The notes beneath the pieces are model-generated. The model worked only from the letters and a program-made list of their open reading frames with translations. It ran no database searches and was not told the DNA's origin. A stretch of 64,000 nt of DNA, taken from an uncultured Omnitrophica bacterium. GTDB taxonomy: Bacteria > Omnitrophota > Gorgyraeia > JACQQV01. Shown here piece after piece: positions 46,362-54,598 of this stretch (positions within the stretch are counted from its first letter, which is position 1; the number at the start of each line of letters is the position of its first letter). The position numbers were made by a program, and so were the translations under genes. The DNA lies in assembly GCA_947085655.1 (NCBI GenBank), contig CAMTXH010000009.1, positions 3,738 through 67,737 of the forward strand. The letters are read 5' to 3'.

Positions 46362-46703
46362 ATGAAAAATGTAACGCTTCTTCTAATCCCTCTTCTCATA
46401 CTGTTTCTCTCCGGATGCGAAGGGGCAACAACGGCTGCCTTGACCCTCTTGGGCGCCAGCTCCACTATCGTCGAAGACCTGACCAAGGATGACGGCGGGG
46501 TCGGTGGCGGTGGAGGTTCAGGCGATACCGGTGATACCGGAGGCGGCGGCGGAGGGGGAGGCGGCGGGGATGTTCCCCCGACGCTGGCCCACTCGCCGGA
46601 GCCGGGCTCTATGCTCCTTTTTGGGAGCGGCCTTTTGGGAGCGGCCCTTTCCCGTTCACGATTCCGAGGGATCCTTAGGAGAAGACGTAAGACAATATCA
46701 TAA
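46362..46703 (+). CDS. small PEP-CTERM sorting-domain protein with lipoprotein-like signal and poly-Gly spacer
   Basis: 113 aa; LLILFLSGC lipobox-like signal; GGVGGGGGSGDTGDTGGGGGGGGGGD; C-terminus SPEPGSMLLFGSGLLGAALSRSRFRG. Confidence 0.7.
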   Translation: MKNVTLLLIPLLILFLSGCEGATTAALTLLGASSTIVEDLTKDDGGVGGGGGSGDTGDTGGGGGGGGGGDVPPTLAHSPEPGSMLLFGSGLLGAALSRSRFRGILRRRRKTIS

Positions 46704-46879
46704 GGTAGATAAAATCTACCTCCTCCTTGTGGCTTGTGTTCCAGAACCCATGGCGCAACTCATCTCGGCTCTGGAAAAAGGATAGAGTGGGAGTAGGAAA
46801 TAACCTATTCAAAATAAAAGAGTTATAGAAGTGAGGTAGGTGAGTTGCGTTAATGGGGGAACGCAGGAATGGTTTGACA

Positions 46880-46910
46880 GGGGTAGAGAAATCTACCCCT
46901 GTATTTTTTT
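46880..46910 (+). terminator. rho-independent terminator ending the sigma-54 PEP-CTERM operon
   Basis: GGGGTAGA gaaa TCTACCCC followed by TGTATTTTTTTC. Confidence 0.65.
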
Positions 46911-46946
46911 CTTGACATCTGATGCCCACATCTATAAACTAAACCC

Positions 46947-47807
46947 ATGTCTAAAAAATTAAACACATTAATTGATATCTGGTATGATACAGCAGGACTC
47001 ATCAAAAAATATCCCCACCTCCTTTTTCCCCTCACCATTGTTGCCTTCCTAGAAGCGCTTTGGCTTGAATTTCTCTATTTCGCCCCTTATACCTTTCTCG
47101 GTACCCTTATCCTCCCTCCGATCCGGCGTTTCCTGGGGGAATTGGCCCTCCACTATCCGGTCTATCTTCTGATCCTTCCGAGAATTTTCAATCTGGGACA
47201 GATCTTCCTTTATATTCTGATTGGAGGGATTTTGACCGGGGTGACGGTGGTTCTGGCGGAGGGGGCGAATGAGGGGAAGACCCTCTCCTTGCAAGCGGCG
47301 TGGAAAAAGATAAGGGGCCGCTGGTTTGCACTGATCCTGGCCGCCCTCTTTCTAACCCTTCTCATCCGTCTGGTCGGCACCCTGCCGATTGCGGCCCTCC
47401 GGGCCGGTTTTGCCTTCGCCGGGAGAGGGTGGTTACGGCAGGCGCTCGAATTCCTTACAGGGGCCCTTCCTTATATTCATTTCCTCCTTGGAGTTCTGGC
47501 ACAGACTTTTATCCTCTTTCTTATTCCCCTTATCGTTCTTGACAACCGGAAGTTTTTCCCGGCGATCGGAAAGGGACTCGTTCTCAGCGGGCAACATCTT
47601 CTCCGGGTGTACGCCCTTCTTTTACTTCCCCTCATCTGCTACAGTCCCATCTGGTATCTCAAGGGGAACGTGAATTTTTTGGTCCGGAAGACCCTCTATC
47701 CGGAGTCGATCCTCATTCTTTTGGCGATCGGAATTCTGGCGACCATTGTGCTCGACACCTATATTGCGGTCAGCGCCACACTCTTTTTCCTAAGGCATAA
47801 GAAATGA
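46947..47807 (+). CDS. integral membrane protein (hypothetical, ~7 TM)
   Basis: 286 aa, mostly hydrophobic helices; possible sigma-70-like -35 TTGACA (46912-46917) / -10 TATAAA (46933-46938) upstream. Confidence 0.5.
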   Translation: MSKKLNTLIDIWYDTAGLIKKYPHLLFPLTIVAFLEALWLEFLYFAPYTFLGTLILPPIRRFLGELALHYPVYLLILPRIFNLGQIFLYILIGGILTGVTVVLAEGANEGKTLSLQAAWKKIRGRWFALILAALFLTLLIRLVGTLPIAALRAGFAFAGRGWLRQALEFLTGALPYIHFLLGVLAQTFILFLIPLIVLDNRKFFPAIGKGLVLSGQHLLRVYALLLLPLICYSPIWYLKGNVNFLVRKTLYPESILILLAIGILATIVLDTYIAVSATLFFLRHKK

Positions 47808-48655
47808 AAAAGACCCTTATCTTTTTCGGGGCAATCCTGATTGTTCTCTTCGGGGTTTTGAGTCTCATCAAAACTAAAAATCCCTATGCGGCGGAGAAGC
47901 GGTTCTGGAAAGCCCGGAACGCCACCCGGAAAATCCTTTCTAATCCCGAAACAACTCCCCCCGCCCTTTTCCGGGAAAACCGGGAGGAGTACGAGGCGAT
48001 TATCCGGCAGCATCCTCCCCTGGCAAAGGAATCCCTCTTGGCTATTGCAGGGCTTTTGATTCATGAGAAGGAGTATGACGAGGCCCGGGACCTCCTCGCA
48101 GAATCGAAACAAAAGTACGCTGAGGATGCCGAGTTCGGAGCCCGTGCGCAATTTTTAGCCGGCTATTCTTATGAAAAAGAGGGGAATTGGAGAGAAGCGG
48201 TACAGGCGTATGAGGCCTTAATGGAAGCCCACATCGGGAACCGGATGGCGTTTCAGATACCGCTCTATATTGCCCGGCAGGATTTGAAGAAGGATACCCA
48301 AAGGGGCGCTGAAAGTTATGAAAAGGCGATTGCTTATTACCGACGCTTGAGCCAGGGTCCGAAGGAAAATCCGACAGCGTTCAATGCGTTGAATTACCTC
48401 TATTTGGCCTACCATGAACAACAAAAATGGGAGGAGGCGTTGGGGGTGACGGAGGAAATTGTAGTGACCTATCCGAGGGCAATGAGCGATTATGCGCTGG
48501 TGATCGAGGGACTCGGCCGAAAACTCAATCAGCCGGAGAAAGCGATTGCGGTGTTTGAATCGTTCATTCAATCCCACCCGGACCACCCGATCGTTCCCCG
48601 TTTAAAAGAGCGAATCCAAAAACTTGGAGGGAAGCGCCAAAATGTTCCTTCGTAG
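47804..48655 (+). CDS. membrane-anchored TPR-repeat protein
   Basis: N-terminal TM (LIFFGAILIVLFGVLSL) then several 34-aa TPR-like repeats (e.g. AQFLAGYSYEKEGNWREAVQAYEALMEAH). Confidence 0.6.
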   Translation: MKKTLIFFGAILIVLFGVLSLIKTKNPYAAEKRFWKARNATRKILSNPETTPPALFRENREEYEAIIRQHPPLAKESLLAIAGLLIHEKEYDEARDLLAESKQKYAEDAEFGARAQFLAGYSYEKEGNWREAVQAYEALMEAHIGNRMAFQIPLYIARQDLKKDTQRGAESYEKAIAYYRRLSQGPKENPTAFNALNYLYLAYHEQQKWEEALGVTEEIVVTYPRAMSDYALVIEGLGRKLNQPEKAIAVFESFIQSHPDHPIVPRLKERIQKLGGKRQNVPS

Positions 48656-49865
48656 ATTCCGAAAACCCCCTTCAGCCACCCCGATTCTTCAGTTTCACGC
48701 CGCCCTTGAAAAGATGAACAGAGCAGAGTCGATGGAGGCCCTTTGGGACGCGGCTTTCCAGGAAGCGATGCTTTTGACGGACGCCGAGGCGGCGTCCCTT
48801 TTTTTGTGGGATGAGGAAAAAGAAGAACTGGTCCTCAAAAGGGGATCCGGCGGCTCCCTCCCCCCTTTACCGGAAATCCGGCGGCGGATGAACGAGGGGA
48901 TTTTCACCCCTTCCTTGATGGTGATTCCGATTCTTCTTAAAGGGGAACTCAAAGGGCTTTTGAGTCTGACCGACAAAAAATCAGGAAAGCCCTTTACCCG
49001 GAGAGACCTGGAATGGACGGCCCTCCTCGGTCACTGTCTGGCATTGACCATGGAAAAAAATAGTCTCGCCGCGGAACTCAAAGGACACCGGGATGCGCTG
49101 GAGGAGAGCCGGAAAGGCGCAACACACCTTGAGGAGAAGAAACGGAAACTCGAATCGGAACTCAAAGTGTCCCAGAAGATGGCCTCCATCGGGAAACTGG
49201 CGGCCGGCATTGCCCATGAATTGAACAATCCCCTGGACGGAACCCTCCGTTATCTTCATCTTTCTCTGAGTCATTTGAGAGAGGGGGACACGGTTCGGGA
49301 GTATCTCCTGGAGGTCAAGCAGGGGCTGGACCGGATGGTGAATATCGTGAAGAACCTCCTTGCCTTTTCCCGGCGTCAGAGCATTCGGGAAAAGCGAGTT
49401 GACCTCCATGAGGCATTGAACAATGTCCTTTCAAATCTCATCGACACCTTTTTGCCATTCCGGGTCGATGTCATCAAAGCCTACCATCCCAACCTCCCTC
49501 TTCTGGTCGACAAAGGGGTCGATCAGATTTTTACAAATATCATCAAAAACGCCCTGGAAGCGATGCCGAACGGCGGTATTCTGAGGATTGCCACGATGAT
49601 GAACGAAGATGGAATTACCGTCCGGATTTCGGATACGGGAAGCGGCATTCCGAAAGAACAGAAGCGGTTTATCTTCGAACCTTTCTTCACCACAAAAGAG
49701 ATTGACAAGGGGTGCGGTTTGGGGCTGTCGATTTGTTACGAACTGATGCAGGCCTACGAAGGGCGGATTGAATTCGAAAGCGAGGAAAAGCGGGGAACGA
49801 CGTTCCTTCTCCATTTCCCGTTGAAGGTTGTTGCAAGGGAGTCCCAACTGGCCTATGCGCGGTAA
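48624..49865 (+). CDS. GAF-domain sensor histidine kinase (soluble PrsK-like partner of the sigma-54 regulator)
   Basis: GAF-like N-terminus; H-box IAHELNNPL; HATPase motifs (NALEAM, ISDTGSGIP, GCGLGLSI); true start may be ATG 48642 (GGAGGG 11 nt upstream). Confidence 0.75.
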   Translation: MEGSAKMFLRRFRKPPSATPILQFHAALEKMNRAESMEALWDAAFQEAMLLTDAEAASLFLWDEEKEELVLKRGSGGSLPPLPEIRRRMNEGIFTPSLMVIPILLKGELKGLLSLTDKKSGKPFTRRDLEWTALLGHCLALTMEKNSLAAELKGHRDALEESRKGATHLEEKKRKLESELKVSQKMASIGKLAAGIAHELNNPLDGTLRYLHLSLSHLREGDTVREYLLEVKQGLDRMVNIVKNLLAFSRRQSIREKRVDLHEALNNVLSNLIDTFLPFRVDVIKAYHPNLPLLVDKGVDQIFTNIIKNALEAMPNGGILRIATMMNEDGITVRISDTGSGIPKEQKRFIFEPFFTTKEIDKGCGLGLSICYELMQAYEGRIEFESEEKRGTTFLLHFPLKVVARESQLAYAR

Positions 49866-51252
49866 CGGTCGGATTCTGATTGCCGATGATGAGCCGTTGA
49901 TCCGGAAATCGCTGTACGAGTCCCTCCGGATGGAGGGGTACGAGGCCGAGATGGCCTCGGACGGGGAAGAGGCGCTTCAGAAAATGGCGCGGATTCCCAT
50001 CGACCTGGTGATTGCCGACATCAAAATGCCGAAACTGTCCGGGATCGATCTTCTGAAGGAAATCAAGGCAAAATATCCGGACATTCCCGTTCTTTTGATT
50101 ACGGGGTACGGGACCATCGATCAGGCGGTGGAGGCGATGCGGCTCGGCGCGGCCGATTACATCACCAAGCCGGTCACAGACGGCGAAATTCAAATCGTCA
50201 TCAAAAAACTTTTCGAACAGAAAAGTCTCATGGATGAAAATATCGCCCTCCGCCACGAGCTTGCCCAGACGGTGCGGGACCGGTTCCACGGCCTCATCGG
50301 AAAAGACGAAAAGATGCAGAAGGTCTACCGGCTGATTGAGAACATCTCCCAGACCAAGGCAACGGTTCTCATCCGGGGGGAAAGCGGCACCGGCAAGCGG
50401 CTGATCTCCCTTGCCATTCATGCCAATGACCCGGTTCGGAGGGAGAAGCCCTTTGTGGAGGTAAGTTGTGCCGCACTCCCCGAAACCCTGCTGGAAAGCG
50501 AACTGTTCGGGCATGTGAAAGGGGCTTTCACCGGGGCGATCCGGGACCGGGTGGGACGGTTTGAACTGGCGCAAGGAGGAACGATCCTCTTGGATGAAAT
50601 TGACGCCTTCTCACCGGCGCTTCAGGTGAAACTTTTGCGGGTGCTCCAGGAGGGATCCTTTGAGCGGGTCGGGGATACGAAGACCTTGCAGGTGGATGTG
50701 CGGGTGATTGCGGCAACCAATCAGGACCTCCATGAACTGATTCTGGAGGGGAGCTTCCGCGAGGATCTTTACTACCGCTTGAATGTCATTGCGATTGACC
50801 TTCCGCCCTTGCGGGAGCGGAAGGGGGACATCTCTCTTCTCGTGGACCATTTTCTTGACAAATTTTCCAAGAAAAGCAAGAAACACTTTACCGGCGTTTC
50901 GGAGAGATTTCTGAACATCCTTGAAGCGTATCACTGGCCGGGAAATGTTCGGGAACTGGAGAACGTCATTGAACGGGCCACCATTGTGGCGCAGGGAAAT
51001 GTTCTGATGGAACAGGACCTGCCGGTTCTCTTCCATCGGACACCCGCGCCCCTCCAGAATAATGCTTCCAGACCTTTGAAAGAGATGCTGGGGGAGCCGG
51101 AGAAGGACCTCATCCTGCAGACGCTTCGCGGGTGTCATTGGAACCGGAAGCGCGCGGCGGAACGGCTCGGCGTGAACCGAACCACGCTATACAACAAAAT
51201 GAAGAAATATCATCTCTTCGGAGAAAAGGGCGAACCGGTAACGCACATCTAA
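49855..51252 (+). CDS. sigma-54-dependent Fis-family response regulator (NtrC-type; PrsR-like)
   Basis: REC domain (ILIADDEP...D at ADIKMP); AAA+ sigma-54 activator ([22 protein letters not shown]); C-terminal Fis HTH ([19 protein letters not shown]); ORF-track start 49828, ATG 49855 more likely. Confidence 0.85.
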   Translation: MRGNGRILIADDEPLIRKSLYESLRMEGYEAEMASDGEEALQKMARIPIDLVIADIKMPKLSGIDLLKEIKAKYPDIPVLLITGYGTIDQAVEAMRLGAADYITKPVTDGEIQIVIKKLFEQKSLMDENIALRHELAQTVRDRFHGLIGKDEKMQKVYRLIENISQTKATVLIRGESGTGKRLISLAIHANDPVRREKPFVEVSCAALPETLLESELFGHVKGAFTGAIRDRVGRFELAQGGTILLDEIDAFSPALQVKLLRVLQEGSFERVGDTKTLQVDVRVIAATNQDLHELILEGSFREDLYYRLNVIAIDLPPLRERKGDISLLVDHFLDKFSKKSKKHFTGVSERFLNILEAYHWPGNVRELENVIERATIVAQGNVLMEQDLPVLFHRTPAPLQNNASRPLKEMLGEPEKDLILQTLRGCHWNRKRAAERLGVNRTTLYNKMKKYHLFGEKGEPVTHI

Positions 51253-51266
51253 CGTTTGACGAATGG

Positions 51267-52238
51267 ATGGGGGTTGGAATGGCCGAGCGCGAGTTTGAAG
51301 CGGAGAGCGACAAATTGAGCAATTATATTGATCTCGAACAATGGGCCTTTATCCTGAACCGGTTTTCCGAGGTTTTGGGAGTGGATATCTACACGGTTGA
51401 CCTGAAGGGAAAAATCATGACCCGGCCCCAGCATGCGCCGAAGGGTTCGAAATTGATTGAGACCCCTTTCCAGCTGGTCCAGCGTCTCCTTCGGAAAAGC
51501 GCCGCCGCCAATACGCTTCAAGAAGAAACAGGATCTCTAGGCATTACCCATAGCTTGATTCCGATTCTGGGAGAGGGAACAGAGCCGCTCGCTTACCTGG
51601 TGGTGGGGCCGCTTGTGTTAGGGTCCAGGGCCCCCCGGGCGGAATTAGAGCGCTTTGCCAGGAAAGAGGGATGGGATCTTCTTGAATTGGAAGGGGCTTA
51701 TCAGCAACTGAAACTCTTTTCCTTTGTAGGGATGAAATCGATGCTGGACCTTTTGTCGGAAGTGTGCAACTATCTTGTTCAGCCGTCCCCCTTAAAAGAG
51801 AAGGTCGAAGAGGCGTTTTCGCAACTGGACAACTTCTTTGCCACGCTTCTGGATCTTGCCCTTCGGACCACCAAGGCCGATTCCGGATCCGTCATGATTC
51901 TTGATCCCCAATCCAAGACGCTTCGGATCCGTGCCGCTCACGGTTTGGATAAAGAAGTGGTTCGAAAGACGGAGATCAAGCTCGGGGAAGGGATTGCCGG
52001 TTGGGTGGCCAAAAAGAACCGGTCTCTGCTTCTGGGGCCCGACACAACAGTGGAGCCGGATCTCCAGCAATGTCTGAAACGGCCGAATATAGACTCTTCC
52101 ATTATCATGCCTCTCTCCCGGCAGGATCAGGTGCTGGGAGTTTTAAATATCAATAGCTATAGCGAAGACAACCGTCTCAGGGCCCAAAGTCTTGATCTTT
52201 TGACCCAATTGGCAAAATTGACGATGGTCATGGTTTGA
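51267..52238 (+). CDS. GAF-domain sensory protein (no output domain)
   Basis: C-terminal GAF fold (SGSVMILDPQSKTLRIRAAHGL...GEGIAGWV...VLGVLNINS); ORF-track start 51132 overlaps the regulator, so internal ATG 51267/51279 chosen. Confidence 0.55.
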   Translation: MGVGMAEREFEAESDKLSNYIDLEQWAFILNRFSEVLGVDIYTVDLKGKIMTRPQHAPKGSKLIETPFQLVQRLLRKSAAANTLQEETGSLGITHSLIPILGEGTEPLAYLVVGPLVLGSRAPRAELERFARKEGWDLLELEGAYQQLKLFSFVGMKSMLDLLSEVCNYLVQPSPLKEKVEEAFSQLDNFFATLLDLALRTTKADSGSVMILDPQSKTLRIRAAHGLDKEVVRKTEIKLGEGIAGWVAKKNRSLLLGPDTTVEPDLQQCLKRPNIDSSIIMPLSRQDQVLGVLNINSYSEDNRLRAQSLDLLTQLAKLTMVMV

Positions 52239-52783
52239 AAATCATCACGGTTTTCGGAAGTTACAGACCGAAACCCGGAACACGGGATTACCGGCTCGCG
52301 CAGGAAGTAGGACAACGATTGGCGCGTGCCGGTTTTGTTTTGTGTAACGGCGGTTTTTCCGGGACGATGGAGGCCTCTGCCAAAGGAGCGCGCGAGGCGG
52401 GAGGGCGGACGATTGGCATCCTCTTCAAAAAGCCGGGACTTTCCGCCAATCCCTACATTCAGCGGGTTGAAAAGAAGAAAACGCTCCTCGGACGTCTTGA
52501 GCGGCTCATTAAGATCGCGGACGGCTACCTGGTCTTAAAAGGGGGGACCGGGACCCTTTTGGAGATCAGTCTCGTTCTTGAATACACCCACAAACAGTTC
52601 CTTCCCCCTAAGCCGATGGTCTTTCTCGGCACTGACTGGAAACGGGTTATTGAAACGGTCCGGAGGGAATCGGGCCCTGACCCCCGTTTTCGTTTTACCG
52701 CTCCGGCGGTCCGGATGCGGCGGCTGATCCGGTTTGCAAGGACTCCCAAGGAAGCGGTGCGTTTCCTCAAAAATATGGTATAA
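52235..52783 (+). CDS. LOG-family (TIGR00725/YvdD-like) Rossmann-fold nucleotide-binding protein
   Basis: VFGSY...CNGGFSGTMEA...GGTGTLLE motifs of the LOG/lysine-decarboxylase-like family. Confidence 0.65.
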   Translation: MKIITVFGSYRPKPGTRDYRLAQEVGQRLARAGFVLCNGGFSGTMEASAKGAREAGGRTIGILFKKPGLSANPYIQRVEKKKTLLGRLERLIKIADGYLVLKGGTGTLLEISLVLEYTHKQFLPPKPMVFLGTDWKRVIETVRRESGPDPRFRFTAPAVRMRRLIRFARTPKEAVRFLKNMV

Positions 52784-52792
52784 TAATCCCCA

Positions 52793-53173
52793 ATGGGAAA
52801 GAAAATCTTTATCGCAGATGACGATACGAACTTTGTCAAGCTCATCACCGTCCTTTTGAAATCGAGGGGCTTTGAGGTGGTGAGCGCCTCGGACGGGGAA
52901 GAGAGTCTCCGCCGGATTCCGGAGGAGAAACCGTCCCTGGCCATCGTCGACTTGAGACTTCCGAAAGTGGACGGATGGCACCTTTGCCAGCGGCTCAAGT
53001 CCAATCAGGAGACGAAACATATCCCCCTCATCGTCTTAAGCGGACTGGTGGACCGGGAGGGGGAAAAAGATAGGATGGACCAGGGGGATTTCTATTTCTC
53101 CAAACCCTTTGAAGCGGAGGAGCTGGTCAACAAGATCCGGGAACTGTTGGGGGAGAAAAAGCCGGATGCGTAG
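52793..53173 (+). CDS. CheY-like single-domain response regulator (receiver only)
   Basis: KIFIADDD...D at VDLRLPKVDGW...K; 126 aa. Confidence 0.75.
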   Translation: MGKKIFIADDDTNFVKLITVLLKSRGFEVVSASDGEESLRRIPEEKPSLAIVDLRLPKVDGWHLCQRLKSNQETKHIPLIVLSGLVDREGEKDRMDQGDFYFSKPFEAEELVNKIRELLGEKKPDA

Positions 53174-53281
53174 ACGCTTTTATCTCCAAACGTATGGTTG
53201 CTCCCTCGACTCGCTCTGCGGCCTTCGGCCTCGAGCTCGCTCGGGATCAACCAAAAGCTGCGAAGTAAGGAGTAATTTTTG

Positions 53282-54598
53282 ATGAATAAGAAATTTTATC
53301 TTCGCACTTTTGGTTGTCAAATGAATGATTTCGATTCCGAAATTATCGAAGGGATGCTCCGGGAACGCGGGTACGCCCCGACCGAAAAAATGACTTCTGC
53401 GGACATCGTTTTTTTTAACACCTGTTCGGTCCGGCAGCATGCAGAGGATCGTGTATTTGGAAAGGTTGGGGACCTCAAACGGATGAAGCGGGAGCGGCCC
53501 GACCTTATTATTGGAATTGTGGGATGCATGGCCCAAAATTACAGGGAGGCGATCTTTGACAAACTCCCGCACATCGACTTCATCTCCGGACCCCGGAATA
53601 TCTATGACATCCCGGAACTGATCGAACGGGTGCAGGGGGAAGGGAGCCGCCTGGCCGCCGTGGACAAAGAGGAACGGCCGCAACTGATGTACCGCCCTGT
53701 GGCAAGGGAAGGGAAGATCAAGGCGTGGGTCACCGTGATGGAAGGATGTCACCACAACTGCACCTTTTGCATTGTCCCGACAGTACGGGGGAGTGCTCAG
53801 AGCCGCCCCATGGAGATGATTCTTGAAGAGGTGAAGTCATTGGAGGCACAGGGTTGCAAAGAGATTATCTTGATCGGCCAGATTGTGGATGCCTATGGGC
53901 GCGATCTTGACCCTCCCACCGATCTCGCTACCCTCCTTGAAAAGGTGCATGAGGTTTCCGGGAGAATCGAGCGGATCCGCTTCACGACCAGCCACCCGGT
54001 CTATGCCAATGAAAGACTGTATGACACCATGAAGCGCTTCCCGAAACTCTGCGAGCACCTTCATCTTCCGGTCCAGTCCGGTTCAGACCGGATTCTTTCA
54101 CACATGCGCCGGGGCTACACGGTAGCGAACTATCTCTCCCGGATCAGGGCATTCCGGGACCGTTTTCCGGCGGGAGCTGTCACGACCGACATTATTGTCG
54201 GTTATCCGGGGGAGACGGAGGAGGATTTTGAAAAGACCTTCCGGCTTATGGAAGAGACCGCCTTTGACGACGCCTATGTTTTTAAATTCTCACCCCGACC
54301 CGGCACCGATGCAGCCGGATATCCGGATGATGTTCCAAAAGAACGGAAGGAAGCCCGAAATCTCGCTCTTCTCCGGCTTCAGGAGGGAATCAGTCGCGAA
54401 AAATGCCGGCGCTTGATCGGCTCCACGGTTGAGGTTCTCGTGGAAGGGACCAGCAAGAAGAACCGCTCTGAATATAAAGGAAGGACCCGGACCGGACGGG
54501 AAGCGGTCTTCCGCGCTCCGGAGGCGGAGCCGGGTGATCTGCTTTCGGTCCGGATCCGCGATTTCTTCGGAAAAACCCTCCTCGGCTCCTCCGAATGA
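53282..54598 (+). CDS. miaB: tRNA i6A37 methylthiotransferase MiaB (radical SAM MTTase)
   Basis: SD AAGGAG 10 nt before ATG 53282; N-terminal GCQMNDFDSE MTTase motif; radical-SAM CHHNCTFC; C-terminal TRAM domain. Confidence 0.8.
   Translation: MNKKFYLRTFGCQMNDFDSEIIEGMLRERGYAPTEKMTSADIVFFNTCSVRQHAEDRVFGKVGDLKRMKRERPDLIIGIVGCMAQNYREAIFDKLPHIDFISGPRNIYDIPELIERVQGEGSRLAAVDKEERPQLMYRPVAREGKIKAWVTVMEGCHHNCTFCIVPTVRGSAQSRPMEMILEEVKSLEAQGCKEIILIGQIVDAYGRDLDPPTDLATLLEKVHEVSGRIERIRFTTSHPVYANERLYDTMKRFPKLCEHLHLPVQSGSDRILSHMRRGYTVANYLSRIRAFRDRFPAGAVTTDIIVGYPGETEEDFEKTFRLMEETAFDDAYVFKFSPRPGTDAAGYPDDVPKERKEARNLALLRLQEGISREKCRRLIGSTVEVLVEGTSKKNRSEYKGRTRTGREAVFRAPEAEPGDLLSVRIRDFFGKTLLGSSE

Noticed and set aside
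46495-46570. ggc/gga-rich simple repeat
   Set aside because: It is the coding sequence of the poly-Gly spacer of the small PEP-CTERM protein, not a non-coding repeat or CRISPR-like array.
51132-51266. N-terminal extension of the GAF-protein ORF overlapping the sigma-54 regulator gene
   Set aside because: Overlaps the conserved HTH-coding end of the regulator by 120 nt; internal ATGs at 51267/51279 give a non-overlapping gene.
52776-52784. Extended -10 element TGgTATAAT overlapping the end of the LOG gene
   Set aside because: Kept only as a remark under the regulatory-cluster finding; a single -10-like hexamer inside coding sequence without a convincing -35 is weak evidence for a promoter.
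53205-53245. GC-rich palindromic region (CTCGA...GGCCTTCGGCC...TCGAG) between the receiver gene and miaB, considered as a terminator
   Set aside because: Good stem-loop potential but no U-tract on either strand; cannot call a terminator from sequence alone, so left as an unexplained structure.
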